DNA of 63,327 bases, filler included, from an uncultured Methanosarcinales archaeon (GCA_964397315.1; 3 parts of 3 records of this genome joined end to end with filler, not necessarily neighbours in it); one strand, 5' to 3'. Counted from the whole stretch's first letter, positions 49,205 to 58,784 are shown. Numbers and translations: made by a program. The notes: generated by a model from the sequence alone, not told the origin.

Positions 49205-51457
49205 TTAATGGTCATAGTCATCATTAAGAACTCTATGGATGTCCTCTGCCTTTTTCTTTCCTATCTTTTCAACGCTCTGCATCTCTTCAGGAGACGCGTT
49301 TATCACATTCCTTACAGAACCCATGCTTTTTAGCATGGGCCTTGCCAGCGTAGATCCCACCCCTGGGAGGGAGGATATTATGTATTCCTGCTGCTCTTTG
49401 AGAGTTAGATGCTTTTTTTCATTGTGCACGCTGAATCCTTTCCCTGTCTCCTCCTGTTCCCTTTTGGCAATAACAGCAAGCAGGCTGGCGGTTTCCCTGA
49501 AATCCCTTGTCTGCAGAACAGGGACTCCATAACTTACTGCCACTGTAGCGAGCATACCCCTTACTGCATTAGGGTGCACATTTCTTTGTGAGTAGATGTC
49601 TTCCTGGCCTTCAACTATAAGAACTGGCTTTTCATAATTACTCTTGAGGGCTCTCACCTGCTGAAGAAGCCTTCCGTCTACTATGGAATCCACAAAGTCA
49701 GGCACTCTCTTGTATTCCGCAGCGCACCTGCCTGACAGGACAAAATCCCCTGTCTCAAGCCTCTTTAAGCTGATGTTCACCCCCCTATCCACAAGCTCCC
49801 TCATGACTCCGCTTCCCTTCTCCCTGTCATCCGCGAAAATCCTTATGGTTTCGCTCTCCTCCTGGCCATCATCTTTTGCTGCCTTTTTCCCAAAAAAGCT
49901 GTCCAGGCGGTTCTCATTTTCCTCTCTTTTCTCTTCTATATTGTTCATCAGGAATTTCTTCTTCAGGTCCTTGAGCGTGACTTCCATCCTTTTTTCCTTG
50001 TGGAAAGCGCTCCACCTGTATCCCTCGTCTCTTGTCCCTTTTGCAAAGAGCACATACACCTTTCCCTTCTCAAGCCTTCCTGTCCTTCCCTTTCTTTGTA
50101 TGTGCCTTATGGCAGAGGGTATTGGCTCGTAGAATATTACTACATCCACTTTAGGGATGTCCAGTCCCTCCTCTGCAACTGATGTTGCCACCATAACATT
50201 GAATCCTCCTGAGGAAAACTCTTCAATAAGCTCTTTCTGCTTCTTCTGGCTCATCCCTGTTGTTCCCTTTTTGGCCTGGCCGAAGAAGGTTTTTGCCCTT
50301 ATTCCCTTAATGCTGCTGAGTTTCTCCTCTATCTTTGAGGCTGAATCCCTGAACTGAGTGAAGATGAGCAGTTTTACGCCGGCAGCATTCTCTTTTTCAG
50401 CTATCCTTTTCAGCTCCTCCAGCTTGGGGTGCTCCACGCCTGCCTCATAAAGGCTTTTTGCTTTTATGAATGCTGATTTAAAATTAGCGTCAGCAGCAAG
50501 ATTCTTTACTGCTTTGGTGGATGTTTTTACAGAGCTTTCAATGATGCCTTCCATGTACCTGTGCAGGGATGTTATGCCCTGTGTCTCCAGCAGCTCAAGC
50601 GCGTGCTGCACTTTCATTGCTTCTGCAGCAAGAGATATGGATTTCAGAATGCTGAAGTCCTTGTTGCCTTTTGAGACTTCTGAATGGAGCTCTCCCTGAA
50701 GCCGGAGCAGGTCTGTCTTCCCTATAAACCTTCTTTTTTTCTCGTTAAGGAAGCCGTGCTTGTTTATCTCTTTTATCTTTGAGTTAAATGACTCATTGAG
50801 GTATTTTTGCACAGCCCTGAAAGAATGCGGGAGGCTGACCTCAACCCAGTTTATTTTGACATCCTGTATGTAAGGCTTAACATCAGGATCCTTCTGGGAG
50901 CGTATCTCCACATCATCAATATACAGGTTTGAGCACACCTCATTGATCTTTTCAAGCTCTGATCCCGGGCTGGCAGTAAGCCCCAGTATCCGGGGGTATT
51001 TTGCTTTCTTTTTGTATTGTTTTGCAATAAAAGCGTATGAATAATCCCCCACTGCCCTGTGGGCCTCGTCAAAAACAAGCAGGGACACATCCTCAAGGGA
51101 TATTCTTCCTGAGATCATGTCATTCTCAAGCCCCTGGGGTGTTGAGAAGATGATTTTTGACCTGCTCCAGAGCTCCTGCCTTTTCTGGGGGCTTACAAAG
51201 CCTGTAAAAACAGCCATGCTTCCCTCGTCAATGCATGTGTGCTTCAGGAAAGAGCTTTTGTGCTGCTCTGCCAGCGGCCTGGTCGGAGCCAATACCAGCA
51301 CTTTTGATTTGGGAAAATGCTTCAGCCTGTGCATTGAAAGCATCAGGGCTATGCTTGTCTTTCCCATGCCTGTGGGCAGGACAACAAGGGTGTTCTCTTT
51401 TATGCAGGTGTCAAGGATGGTCTCCTGGTAAAGCCTTGGCTTAAAATTTCTGAGCAT
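49205..51457 (-). CDS. hef: Hef helicase-nuclease (DEAH helicase + ERCC4 nuclease + HhH)
   Basis: LPTGMGKT, DEAH, TASPG, ATSVAEEGLDIP, QRKGRTGR, ADDRE, GDF...EYK, LPGVG. Confidence 0.95.
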   Translation of the reverse strand: MLRNFKPRLYQETILDTCIKENTLVVLPTGMGKTSIALMLSMHRLKHFPKSKVLVLAPTRPLAEQHKSSFLKHTCIDEGSMAVFTGFVSPQKRQELWSRSKIIFSTPQGLENDMISGRISLEDVSLLVFDEAHRAVGDYSYAFIAKQYKKKAKYPRILGLTASPGSELEKINEVCSNLYIDDVEIRSQKDPDVKPYIQDVKINWVEVSLPHSFRAVQKYLNESFNSKIKEINKHGFLNEKKRRFIGKTDLLRLQGELHSEVSKGNKDFSILKSISLAAEAMKVQHALELLETQGITSLHRYMEGIIESSVKTSTKAVKNLAADANFKSAFIKAKSLYEAGVEHPKLEELKRIAEKENAAGVKLLIFTQFRDSASKIEEKLSSIKGIRAKTFFGQAKKGTTGMSQKKQKELIEEFSSGGFNVMVATSVAEEGLDIPKVDVVIFYEPIPSAIRHIQRKGRTGRLEKGKVYVLFAKGTRDEGYRWSAFHKEKRMEVTLKDLKKKFLMNNIEEKREENENRLDSFFGKKAAKDDGQEESETIRIFADDREKGSGVMRELVDRGVNISLKRLETGDFVLSGRCAAEYKRVPDFVDSIVDGRLLQQVRALKSNYEKPVLIVEGQEDIYSQRNVHPNAVRGMLATVAVSYGVPVLQTRDFRETASLLAVIAKREQEETGKGFSVHNEKKHLTLKEQQEYIISSLPGVGSTLARPMLKSMGSVRNVINASPEEMQSVEKIGKKKAEDIHRVLNDDYDH

Positions 51458-51523
51458 AAATAAAAATAAGATATTATCGTTTAAATATTTTTTCGGTGTT
51501 CATGTCCAGTGGGGAGTGGAAAT

Positions 51524-51531
51524 ATTTATAT
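51524..51531 (+). promoter_or_regulatory. TATA box for the aroF leader transcript
   Basis: TTTATATA-type box about 25-30 nt before ATG 51557. Confidence 0.55.
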
Positions 51532-51556
51532 ATCAGATGTTCTTTCCCCTCAGGTT

Positions 51557-51634
51557 ATGAAAGCGCTGGCAGGCTCAAAAAAAGGAGTTTCTGCTAGCTT
51601 GAGAACCGGATTCTCATTTTACTTTTTTTGGTAG
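51557..51634 (+). CDS. Putative leader peptide 1: MKALAGSKKGVSASLRTGFSFYFFW
   Basis: 25-codon ORF ending F-S-F-Y-F-F-W-stop, upstream of DAHP synthase. Confidence 0.6.
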   Translation: MKALAGSKKGVSASLRTGFSFYFFW

Positions 51635-51777
51635 TTGCCTTGCTTGGCTTAGCTGAGTAAGGGCAATGCATGACCCCTCTGCTTGGCTAAGTTCTAAGGT
51701 TTGGCTTGAATCCGGTATTAAACAGCACTAAAGACAGGAGACTCAAATACTATGCAAAGCATTAAGGAGGCCGGAAA

Positions 51778-51918
51778 ATGGAAAGCAAAAAAATGAAACC
51801 TGGAGCATTAAAGCAGCAGAGAGGAATTACAGCAAACGTCAGCGGTTCAAGTGGCAGTCATTCGTGTTATCGCAATCAATATTTTTTTTGGCAGTCAAAA
51901 ATCTTTGGAGGTGCCTGA
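51778..51918 (+). CDS. Putative leader peptide 2, 46 aa, containing YFFW
   Basis: GGAGG SD; MESKKMKPGALKQQRGITANVSGSSGSHSCYRNQYFFWQSKIFGGA; stop 1 nt before the aroF ATG. Confidence 0.55.
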   Translation: MESKKMKPGALKQQRGITANVSGSSGSHSCYRNQYFFWQSKIFGGA

Positions 51919-51919
51919 A

Positions 51920-53083
51920 ATGATAATAAAGATGATGGAGAAAGCAACGGAACAAGAGGCGAGAGATGTTATTAAGCAGATAAAAGAGCTGGGTTATGCA
52001 GCTAACATAAGCGGTGAAAGCAGGAGGATTATAGGGATTATAGGAAACACAGGCAGCATTGATCCTGATGTATTCACCAGGCTGGATGGTGTTGATGATG
52101 TGGAGACTATCACCGAGAAGTACAAGCTGGTGAACAGGAAGTTCCATCCTAATCCGAGGCATATTCCACTAAACGGCTCATACATAGGAGAGGGACAGCC
52201 GAAGGTAATCATAGCAGGACCCTGCTCTGTTGAGGGCCTTGATATCATGCTGGAGACAGGAGATGCAGTGAGAGATGCAGGGGCTCATGCCTTCAGGGCG
52301 GGAGCTTACAAGCCCAGGACAGCAATCATGGACTTCCAGGGTTACGGCCTTCTGGGGCTTCAGCGCCTGGACAAGGTAAGAGAAAGAACCGGCCTGCCGA
52401 TCGTGACAGAAGCCACAGGCTCCCACCATCATGTGGTTGCTGATGTTAATGGAGAGATACCAGAGGAGGTAACAGATGACATGATTGCAGTCTCCAAGGA
52501 TGACAGATCCCTGCCTTATTTCATGGCTCAGGGAAGGTACGGGAGAAGTGAGTGTTTTGAAACAGAATCATCTGTCACCCATGTCAACAGGCACGCTGAT
52601 GTCCTGCAGGTGGGAACCAGAAATGCTCAGGCGTATGGGACGCTGCAAACAATAGCGGCGACCACAAGGGAAAGTGAGAATCCCGGAAAGAGCCAGCCTG
52701 TGCTGTTGAAGAGAGGAATGTCCTCCACACTGAAGGAGATGGTAAACTGCGCTGAATATATAGCCTCCTTTGGCAATCCCAATGTGATTCTTTGCTTGAG
52801 AGGAACCCAGCCTGCAAAAGAAGGGCTTAGGAACAATCCAGACTATGATCAGATTCCTATGTTGAGAGAGATGACTAACCTTCCAATAGTTTTTGACCCC
52901 AGCCACGCTTACGGAAGGAGGGATTACGTGCCTGCCGGAGCCAAGGCAGCACTGGATCACGGGGCAGACGGGCTGTTAATAGAGGCTCATGTGAATCCTG
53001 CAAAGGCATTGACTGACGGGCGCCAGACAATAAGCCCCATGGAGCTGGAGAAGATTGTAAAAACTGCAGAGGCTTACAGGTGA
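51920..53083 (+). CDS. aroF: DAHP synthase type I-beta with N-terminal ferredoxin-like regulatory domain
   Basis: IAGPCSVE, GAYKPRT, LQVGTRN, PVLLKRG, DPSH, GLLIEAH..P..ALTD; ATG after GGAGGTG. Confidence 0.92.
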   Translation: MIIKMMEKATEQEARDVIKQIKELGYAANISGESRRIIGIIGNTGSIDPDVFTRLDGVDDVETITEKYKLVNRKFHPNPRHIPLNGSYIGEGQPKVIIAGPCSVEGLDIMLETGDAVRDAGAHAFRAGAYKPRTAIMDFQGYGLLGLQRLDKVRERTGLPIVTEATGSHHHVVADVNGEIPEEVTDDMIAVSKDDRSLPYFMAQGRYGRSECFETESSVTHVNRHADVLQVGTRNAQAYGTLQTIAATTRESENPGKSQPVLLKRGMSSTLKEMVNCAEYIASFGNPNVILCLRGTQPAKEGLRNNPDYDQIPMLREMTNLPIVFDPSHAYGRRDYVPAGAKAALDHGADGLLIEAHVNPAKALTDGRQTISPMELEKIVKTAEAYR

Positions 53084-53107
53084 TGGTTTAATATTCTTGT
53101 TCTTTTA

Positions 53108-53761
53108 TTACCTTGACTTTCTCACTCCAGCCATTCTGCAGTACCCTCTTATAGCGCACCTGCTGCACCAGGGGCTTACAGGAGTGCATATATTCTGCCC
53201 CCATATCACGAGAAGGTCATTGTAGATTATCCAGTGCTTTTTTGGCAGCTTCTTTCTGAGGGCGCGCTCTGTCTGCTCAGGGGTTTTTGTCCTGACATAA
53301 CCCAGCCTGTTGCTTATCCTGTGCACGTGAGTGTCAACGCATATGCCCGGCTTTCCATAGCCGAGAGTGACCACCAGGTTGGCTGTTTTCCTCCCAACCC
53401 CCTTGAGCTTAAGAAGCTCGTCAATATCATCAGGAACTCTCCCATCATATTTCTCCACCAGAACCCTTGCTGTTTCCCTGAGTCTTCTTGCTTTTGTCTT
53501 GTAAAACCCGACAGGATAGATTGCTCTCTCAATCCTCTCTTTGTCAAGATTCATCAGCTGTGAGGGGCGTTCAGCAACCTCTGTTAATCTTCTGAACGCC
53601 TGCGCTGTTGTCTTGTCTTTTGTCCTGAGGCTGAGCAGGCAGGACACCAGAACATGAAAAGGGTCTTTTCTCCAGGAGACTTCTGTGACTATGGGAACCA
53701 TGTATTCTTTCACTTCCCTCTTTAATATTCTCATTACCCTGTTAACGTTGGTGTTGTCCAT
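53108..53761 (-). CDS. nth: Endonuclease III
   Basis: LKGVGRKTAN, VDTHVHRISNRLG, C-x6-C-x2-C-x5-C. Confidence 0.95.
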   Translation of the reverse strand: MDNTNVNRVMRILKREVKEYMVPIVTEVSWRKDPFHVLVSCLLSLRTKDKTTAQAFRRLTEVAERPSQLMNLDKERIERAIYPVGFYKTKARRLRETARVLVEKYDGRVPDDIDELLKLKGVGRKTANLVVTLGYGKPGICVDTHVHRISNRLGYVRTKTPEQTERALRKKLPKKHWIIYNDLLVIWGQNICTPVSPWCSRCAIRGYCRMAGVRKSR

Positions 53762-53826
53762 GCAGCAGAGCATTCATACCCTAATTTATTAATGTTGCTG
53801 GCCTTCTGCCTTCCTGAGAGAATAAT

Positions 53827-53945
53827 AAAAATTTGACCATTATTTAATAAGCAAGTTTTTAGATGGTCAAATTTTTAGTCTTGAAAACCCTCAGAAATTG
53901 AAAATTTCTGGGGTGCCAAAAATGCAGGGCATTTTTGAGCATGGC
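53827..53945. repeat. Cluster of palindromes (REP-like)
   Basis: 14-bp perfect inverted repeat AAAAATTTGACCAT/ATGGTCAAATTTTT, then CAGAAATT/AATTTCTG and CAAAAATGC/GCATTTTTG followed by AGCATG. Confidence 0.7.
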
Positions 53946-54051
53946 TTTGCACCATTTTCAATAACATTTATAAGTCCTGCCTTACACCGGACCAGCTGTC
54001 ACAAGGGCTTTTCAGCTGTTGATGTTTATGCTGTTGTTTGCGGGCCGGTGA

Positions 54052-54561
54052 TTGAGGCTTATTGAAACAAGAGGTGAAACAATCACGAAACCGATTGATT
54101 ATCTGGCTGAGTGGATGTTGAGATTCCTGAAGAACAAGGACCTCCTACTCAGGAGAACAACAGACATAACACACCAGACAGAAGAGGGCATGATAATAGC
54201 AAGCATGAAAGACGGTACAAAGCATGCCTACCTCCTGATTCCCTTTATGGAAAATTCTGATGTAAGCACAGCCCTGAAAACCCTTTCCCCCTATGAGGCG
54301 TGCTCCCTTGTGCTTTACAACACGCGGAAGAACTTTGATGTAATGCTCAGCAACTGGAAGAAGCTGGCCGGTTTCAGGAGAAATTTCAGCCTTAATTTCA
54401 TAAACCCCTTCTCCAGGACAGAGAAGAGGTGGGTCGTCTATCCCTCAACACACGAGCTTGTGACTGACAAGCCAAAGCTTAGGCAGAGCCTGAAAGTCCT
54501 GTTCTCAAAAGTGGAGCCCTTGACAGAGGATGAGCTTGAAAAGATACTCAAGGAACAATAA
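54052..54561 (+). CDS. Hypothetical protein (start uncertain)
   Basis: Open frame with host-like codons. An SD-like GAGGTGA near 54071 is not followed by a canonical start. Confidence 0.7.
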   Translation: MRLIETRGETITKPIDYLAEWMLRFLKNKDLLLRRTTDITHQTEEGMIIASMKDGTKHAYLLIPFMENSDVSTALKTLSPYEACSLVLYNTRKNFDVMLSNWKKLAGFRRNFSLNFINPFSRTEKRWVVYPSTHELVTDKPKLRQSLKVLFSKVEPLTEDELEKILKEQ

Positions 54562-55432
54562 GCCTCAGAGCCTTTGGAAACACTTTAATCTTCACAGGCG
54601 TCTTTCCAATGACCTCGCAGTCAACGTGGCAGAGAACTTTAGGCCTTGAGTCAATGAATATCTCCTTTGCCTGGTGATATTCTATGTCTGAGAATTTTAT
54701 GTGCCTTCTTGTAATGGAGCCTATGGCATACCTTATGAAGCTCAGAAGGTCGTTTCCCTTGAAAACGCATATGTCAAGGAGGCCGTCGTCAATCCTTGCC
54801 TCTGAGGTTATCTTAAGCATGCCTCCATAAAGCCGTGTGTTGCCCACCACCACAAAGCTTCCCCTCACAGTTGTCTTGTTGTCTATTCTTGTCGTGATGT
54901 TGGCGTGCTTGTACCTGAATATTTCATTCCATGCTGCAATAGGGTATGCTGCGCTTCCCAGCATTCTCTTGATGACCGGCCTGACCTTTGTTGCCACATG
55001 GGCATCAAATCCTATTCCTGCCATAAGCACAAAGTATCTTTTTCCTGCTCTTCCAACATCAATAAGCCTTGGCTTTCTGCTGAGAATAAGCTTTGCCGCA
55101 TTCATGGTCTTTAGGGGGATTCCTGTCTCCTGGGCCAGCACATTCTCTGTGCCAAGGGGGAGTATTGCAAAATCCTGTTTTTTCCCCCTTCCAGAAAGCA
55201 TTATTCCATTGACAACCTCATTGACTGTGCCGTCACCCCCTGATGCAGCTATTATTCTGTGCCTGCCTGACATGGCGGCTTTTTTTGCAGCGCGTGTGGC
55301 ATCTCCCGGCCCTTTTGTAATGTAGACTTCTGTTCTCACATTGTTCTTTTCAAGAAATTCCTTTACTTTGGGCATTCTCCTGCCTGCAGCTCCCTTGCCT
55401 GATTTCGGGTTTGCTATTATAATCACGTTCAT
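54548..55432 (-). CDS. Diacylglycerol kinase family (YegS/BmrU-like) lipid kinase
   Basis: NPKSG, GGDGTVNEV, PLGTEN, GIGFDA, DDGLLD. Confidence 0.92.
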   Translation of the reverse strand: MNVIIIANPKSGKGAAGRRMPKVKEFLEKNNVRTEVYITKGPGDATRAAKKAAMSGRHRIIAASGGDGTVNEVVNGIMLSGRGKKQDFAILPLGTENVLAQETGIPLKTMNAAKLILSRKPRLIDVGRAGKRYFVLMAGIGFDAHVATKVRPVIKRMLGSAAYPIAAWNEIFRYKHANITTRIDNKTTVRGSFVVVGNTRLYGGMLKITSEARIDDGLLDICVFKGNDLLSFIRYAIGSITRRHIKFSDIEYHQAKEIFIDSRPKVLCHVDCEVIGKTPVKIKVFPKALRLIVP

Positions 55433-55467
55433 CTTCTGCCCCTCATCCTTATCATCTCTCCTTTCCC

Positions 55468-56187
55468 TCACTTTTTTGCCGCATCCCATAGCATTTCAAA
55501 ATATCTTCTGTACCCTTCTGCAATGTCCTTTTCTTTTATTAATATTCCCACAGGCTCTTCTGACCACAGGATTATTGCTGCCCTGTCTCTGTATACATTG
55601 ATTGCAAGAGGGGATGAGTGACGGTCAGGCAGGTATCTTATCTCAGCAAGAGGTATTCTCCTTACATAGTCACTGTGGCGGGCTGACTCTCTAAAGATTA
55701 TCCTGACTCTTATGTTCTTTCTCTTTCTCTCCCTGTCATAATGGGAAAAGTAATACCCCATTATCTCGTTCACGTTCTCAGAGCCCCCCAGAACCAGAAC
55801 ATCATCTCCCTGTTCTATCTGGTCGTTGAATATTGACTTTAGCGCCTGCCTGCCCTTGTAAAAGAGGGTTTCCTTGTGTTCCAGGGCCGTGTTCCTCATT
55901 GCCTGCAGCTCTGGAAGTACAGAGTCAATTGCTGCCTCTTTTTCCCTTAACATGTCAGCTATCCTCCTTGGATCCTCAGCCTGAAAGTTTCTTCTGTTGT
56001 TCATTTTTATCTGGGAGACAAGCCCCTTCTCCATGAGCCTGTCAAGCGAGTCATATACCGACCTCCTGTGCAGGCCTGTCTCTTTTGTTATTGCTCCTGC
56101 AGGGGCTGAGCCTGATTTAAGAAGCATGATGTACACCCTGGCTTCTGTATGTGTCAGGCCCGCATTTTCCAGTATTTTGGTATCCAT
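55468..56187 (-). CDS. TrmB-family transcriptional regulator
   Basis: GLTHTEARVYIML...HRRSVYDSLDRLMEKGLV; C-terminus YFEMLW. Confidence 0.88.
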   Translation of the reverse strand: MDTKILENAGLTHTEARVYIMLLKSGSAPAGAITKETGLHRRSVYDSLDRLMEKGLVSQIKMNNRRNFQAEDPRRIADMLREKEAAIDSVLPELQAMRNTALEHKETLFYKGRQALKSIFNDQIEQGDDVLVLGGSENVNEIMGYYFSHYDRERKRKNIRVRIIFRESARHSDYVRRIPLAEIRYLPDRHSSPLAINVYRDRAAIILWSEEPVGILIKEKDIAEGYRRYFEMLWDAAKK

Positions 56188-56281
56188 AACTGTGTTTAGA
56201 TGATTAGAATATATAAATCTTATGTTGTGGTGAAAAGCATCACCACACTAATTATTATATTCTGAATGAAATCTAATAACC

Positions 56282-57664
56282 ATGGCAGTAAAAGAACCTG
56301 AGATACCTGAGACAAATATTGTGCTTCCGAGGAATTATGGCATTGTAATAAGGCAGAGACCAAAAATCCGGAAGGAGCCTTTTTATGAGGATGAATCAGG
56401 CCTGAATCTGCTGTTCTATGATGCTGCCCGCCATGCAATAGGGTATGTTTCAGCGCTTCCACGCTCTGAGCTTAGGGGCATGCTCAGGGCATGGCAGGAT
56501 TTCAAGAAGAAAGAGACTCAAAAAGCAGAAGAGGGAGATCTACAGTACGGGCCGAGATTCCCCGGCCAGAGCATTGATGACCTTTTTTGCTGCGACTGGA
56601 GAGAAGCAGAAGAGGCCATACTTGAAAGCGTACAAAAGGCAGAAGGAACATCTGAACTATGGACTGTGGGAGGCAAAAATAGTATAAAGAATGCAAAGCT
56701 GTACAAAGGAGGTCTTCATGCAAGCGCAAAATCAAAGGCAGAAGGCCATTATTCTGTTTTCATATCAAACCCCTTCCTTTCAGAGGGGATGATACAGCAC
56801 AAAAGGCTGGGCTGTACAGAGCCTGGCCAGAATTACGAGACAGGAGCTAAAAGGCTTATGAGCATGTGCAGCCATATTGCTCAGCTGGAAAATGCCCACT
56901 TCCTTCAGCTCACGGGCAGGAGGAATTTTGGGATTGAGTATGGCAGAAGAAATCTTAAGAATGTGAATCCTGCCCTTGTTTTTGACTTTATAACAGCGCA
57001 GGAACTGTCTAATCTTATTATGGATGTGATTATTGCAAGGTATGTGAAAGGGGAGGGCCTCTATGATATAAACAGGAAGCTGCTTGACGGTAAGATACGT
57101 GACGCGATATTCAGCAGAGGGCTGGATAACACGGCTCATGTAGGCAGGGCAAGATATGGTGTCATGAGACAGAGGTCAGGTAAGCAGTCAAGGGGAGAAT
57201 CGTACCACACATCTGAGAACCAGTGGCTCAGGAAAGTAAGAGGCAGGCTAAAGGAAAGGGGTTATTCAAGAATGCCCTTTTACACTGTCGCTTTCATGGG
57301 GGGCCCCTATGAGACAATAGCAGAGAGATGGGAGAACAGTAACAGGGCGGTTGAGATAGCAGCAGACGGGAGCGACGCGCCGCTGATAATAAGAAAGGAC
57401 ATTGATCCTGAAGGCATGGTCAGGTTTCACAACACACCCCTCTCTTATAATGAAAATCCTTACCTGAACATGGGCAAGGAGCAGAGTTCCTTTGATGCCT
57501 GCACCTCCATTGATTGCACAGAAAAGGTGCTGGGAATGCCAGAGCTTCATGATTTCATAGGGATGTCACAGAGGATGCAGCAGGCTTACAGGGGCAGCAT
57601 AGAAAGGGCAAGAACAGGAGAAAGGGAAAAACAAAGGCCAGAACAGATTTCACTGCCTTTTTAG
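56282..57664 (+). CDS. Hypothetical protein, possible SWIM-like metal site
   Basis: 460-aa ORF with Y.V.I...LGCTE...MCSHI. Confidence 0.65.
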   Translation: MAVKEPEIPETNIVLPRNYGIVIRQRPKIRKEPFYEDESGLNLLFYDAARHAIGYVSALPRSELRGMLRAWQDFKKKETQKAEEGDLQYGPRFPGQSIDDLFCCDWREAEEAILESVQKAEGTSELWTVGGKNSIKNAKLYKGGLHASAKSKAEGHYSVFISNPFLSEGMIQHKRLGCTEPGQNYETGAKRLMSMCSHIAQLENAHFLQLTGRRNFGIEYGRRNLKNVNPALVFDFITAQELSNLIMDVIIARYVKGEGLYDINRKLLDGKIRDAIFSRGLDNTAHVGRARYGVMRQRSGKQSRGESYHTSENQWLRKVRGRLKERGYSRMPFYTVAFMGGPYETIAERWENSNRAVEIAADGSDAPLIIRKDIDPEGMVRFHNTPLSYNENPYLNMGKEQSSFDACTSIDCTEKVLGMPELHDFIGMSQRMQQAYRGSIERARTGEREKQRPEQISLPF

Positions 57665-57942
57665 GATTTATCGCTTTCCTCTTCATCAGGGTTATAGCTG
57701 GGCATTGCTGACTTGCTTATTATCATTATGTCTCCGATGGATTTCACCAGCTGGTGCGGGACAATAACGCCTTTTGCCGAGCCGAGAACCTTTGCAAGGT
57801 AAGAATTCTTTGTTGCCTTGACCCTCCAGCCGAAAACTTTTGTCTTGGTCTGGATGTTCTCCTCAATATCCCCGAAATACTCTCCGTTGTCAGTAAATAC
57901 TTTCATGTCATATGTGTTGGAAAGCTTCTGCATCTTAAGCAT
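57661..57942 (-). CDS. PRC-barrel domain protein (CdpB-like)
   Basis: MKVFTDNGEYFGDIEE...VIVPHQLVKSIGDIMII. Confidence 0.85.
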   Translation of the reverse strand: MLKMQKLSNTYDMKVFTDNGEYFGDIEENIQTKTKVFGWRVKATKNSYLAKVLGSAKGVIVPHQLVKSIGDIMIISKSAMPSYNPDEEESDKS

Positions 57943-58058
57943 TATAATCCCTCCCTTTTACGAGATAGCTCTCATCTAACAGTTTAACTATTTAAAGGTT
58001 TCGAAACCTCTCCAGGAAGCGCACTAAATTTTTAAATAAAAGCCTCCAGAACTGGATT

Positions 58059-58784
58059 ATGAGGTACAGGAATCTTACACTGATAGGCACGAGCCACATA
58101 GCCAGACAGAGCGTAAACCAGGTCAGGGAGGCCATAAAAAACATCAGCCCCTCAGTTGTTGCCGTGGAGCTGGACAAGAGCAGGTACCACTCCCTCAAGG
58201 ACACAAGCAGGTCAAGAATAAAGATGAGGGACATTCTTGATGTGGGCATTGTTGGATTCCTTTTCGCTGTACTGGGAAGGTGGGCCCAGAAGAAAATGGG
58301 CAGGCTTGTGGGCATAATGCCCGGAGAAGAGATGCTGACTGCTGTAAGAGAGGCAAGAAAGAGCGGAGCAGGGATAAGATTCATAGACCAGGACATGGGC
58401 ATAACCCTGAGAAAGCTGTCTAAGGCAATAACATGGAGGGAAAAGGCAAGATTCTTCACTGACATAATAAAATCAATAATATTCAGGAAAAGGGAGATGA
58501 AAAGGCTGGGCATAGAGACGCTTGATCTCACAAAGGTGCCTGAAAGAAAGCTGATAAGAAAGCTCACTAAAGAGATGAAAAAGAATTACCCCAACGCGTA
58601 CAGGGTTCTTGTTGATGAGAGGAACCATGTAATGGCTGAAAGGCTTGCGCACATAATGGATGAGAACCCGGACAGCGAGATCGTGGCTGTCATAGGGGCT
58701 GGCCACGAGGAGGAGATGCTCGGCCTTGTTAAGGAGAGCCTCAACAGAGAGGATATAACCTACTCTTTTTCTGTAAGCCCATGA
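58059..58784 (+). CDS. TraB/PrgY/GumN family protein
   Basis: IGTSH, VAVELD..R, PGEEM, IDQD, LVDERN, VIGAGH. Confidence 0.9.
   Translation: MRYRNLTLIGTSHIARQSVNQVREAIKNISPSVVAVELDKSRYHSLKDTSRSRIKMRDILDVGIVGFLFAVLGRWAQKKMGRLVGIMPGEEMLTAVREARKSGAGIRFIDQDMGITLRKLSKAITWREKARFFTDIIKSIIFRKREMKRLGIETLDLTKVPERKLIRKLTKEMKKNYPNAYRVLVDERNHVMAERLAHIMDENPDSEIVAVIGAGHEEEMLGLVKESLNREDITYSFSVSP

Noticed and set aside
51752..51796. Third tiny uORF MQSIKEAGKWKAKK in the aroF leader
   Set aside because: A single Trp codon and a weak SD; not distinguishable from chance.
51851..51919. N-terminal extension of AroF from the ORF track (GTG start)
   Set aside because: GGAGGTG precedes ATG 51920 and similarity to the regulatory domain starts at MIIKM.
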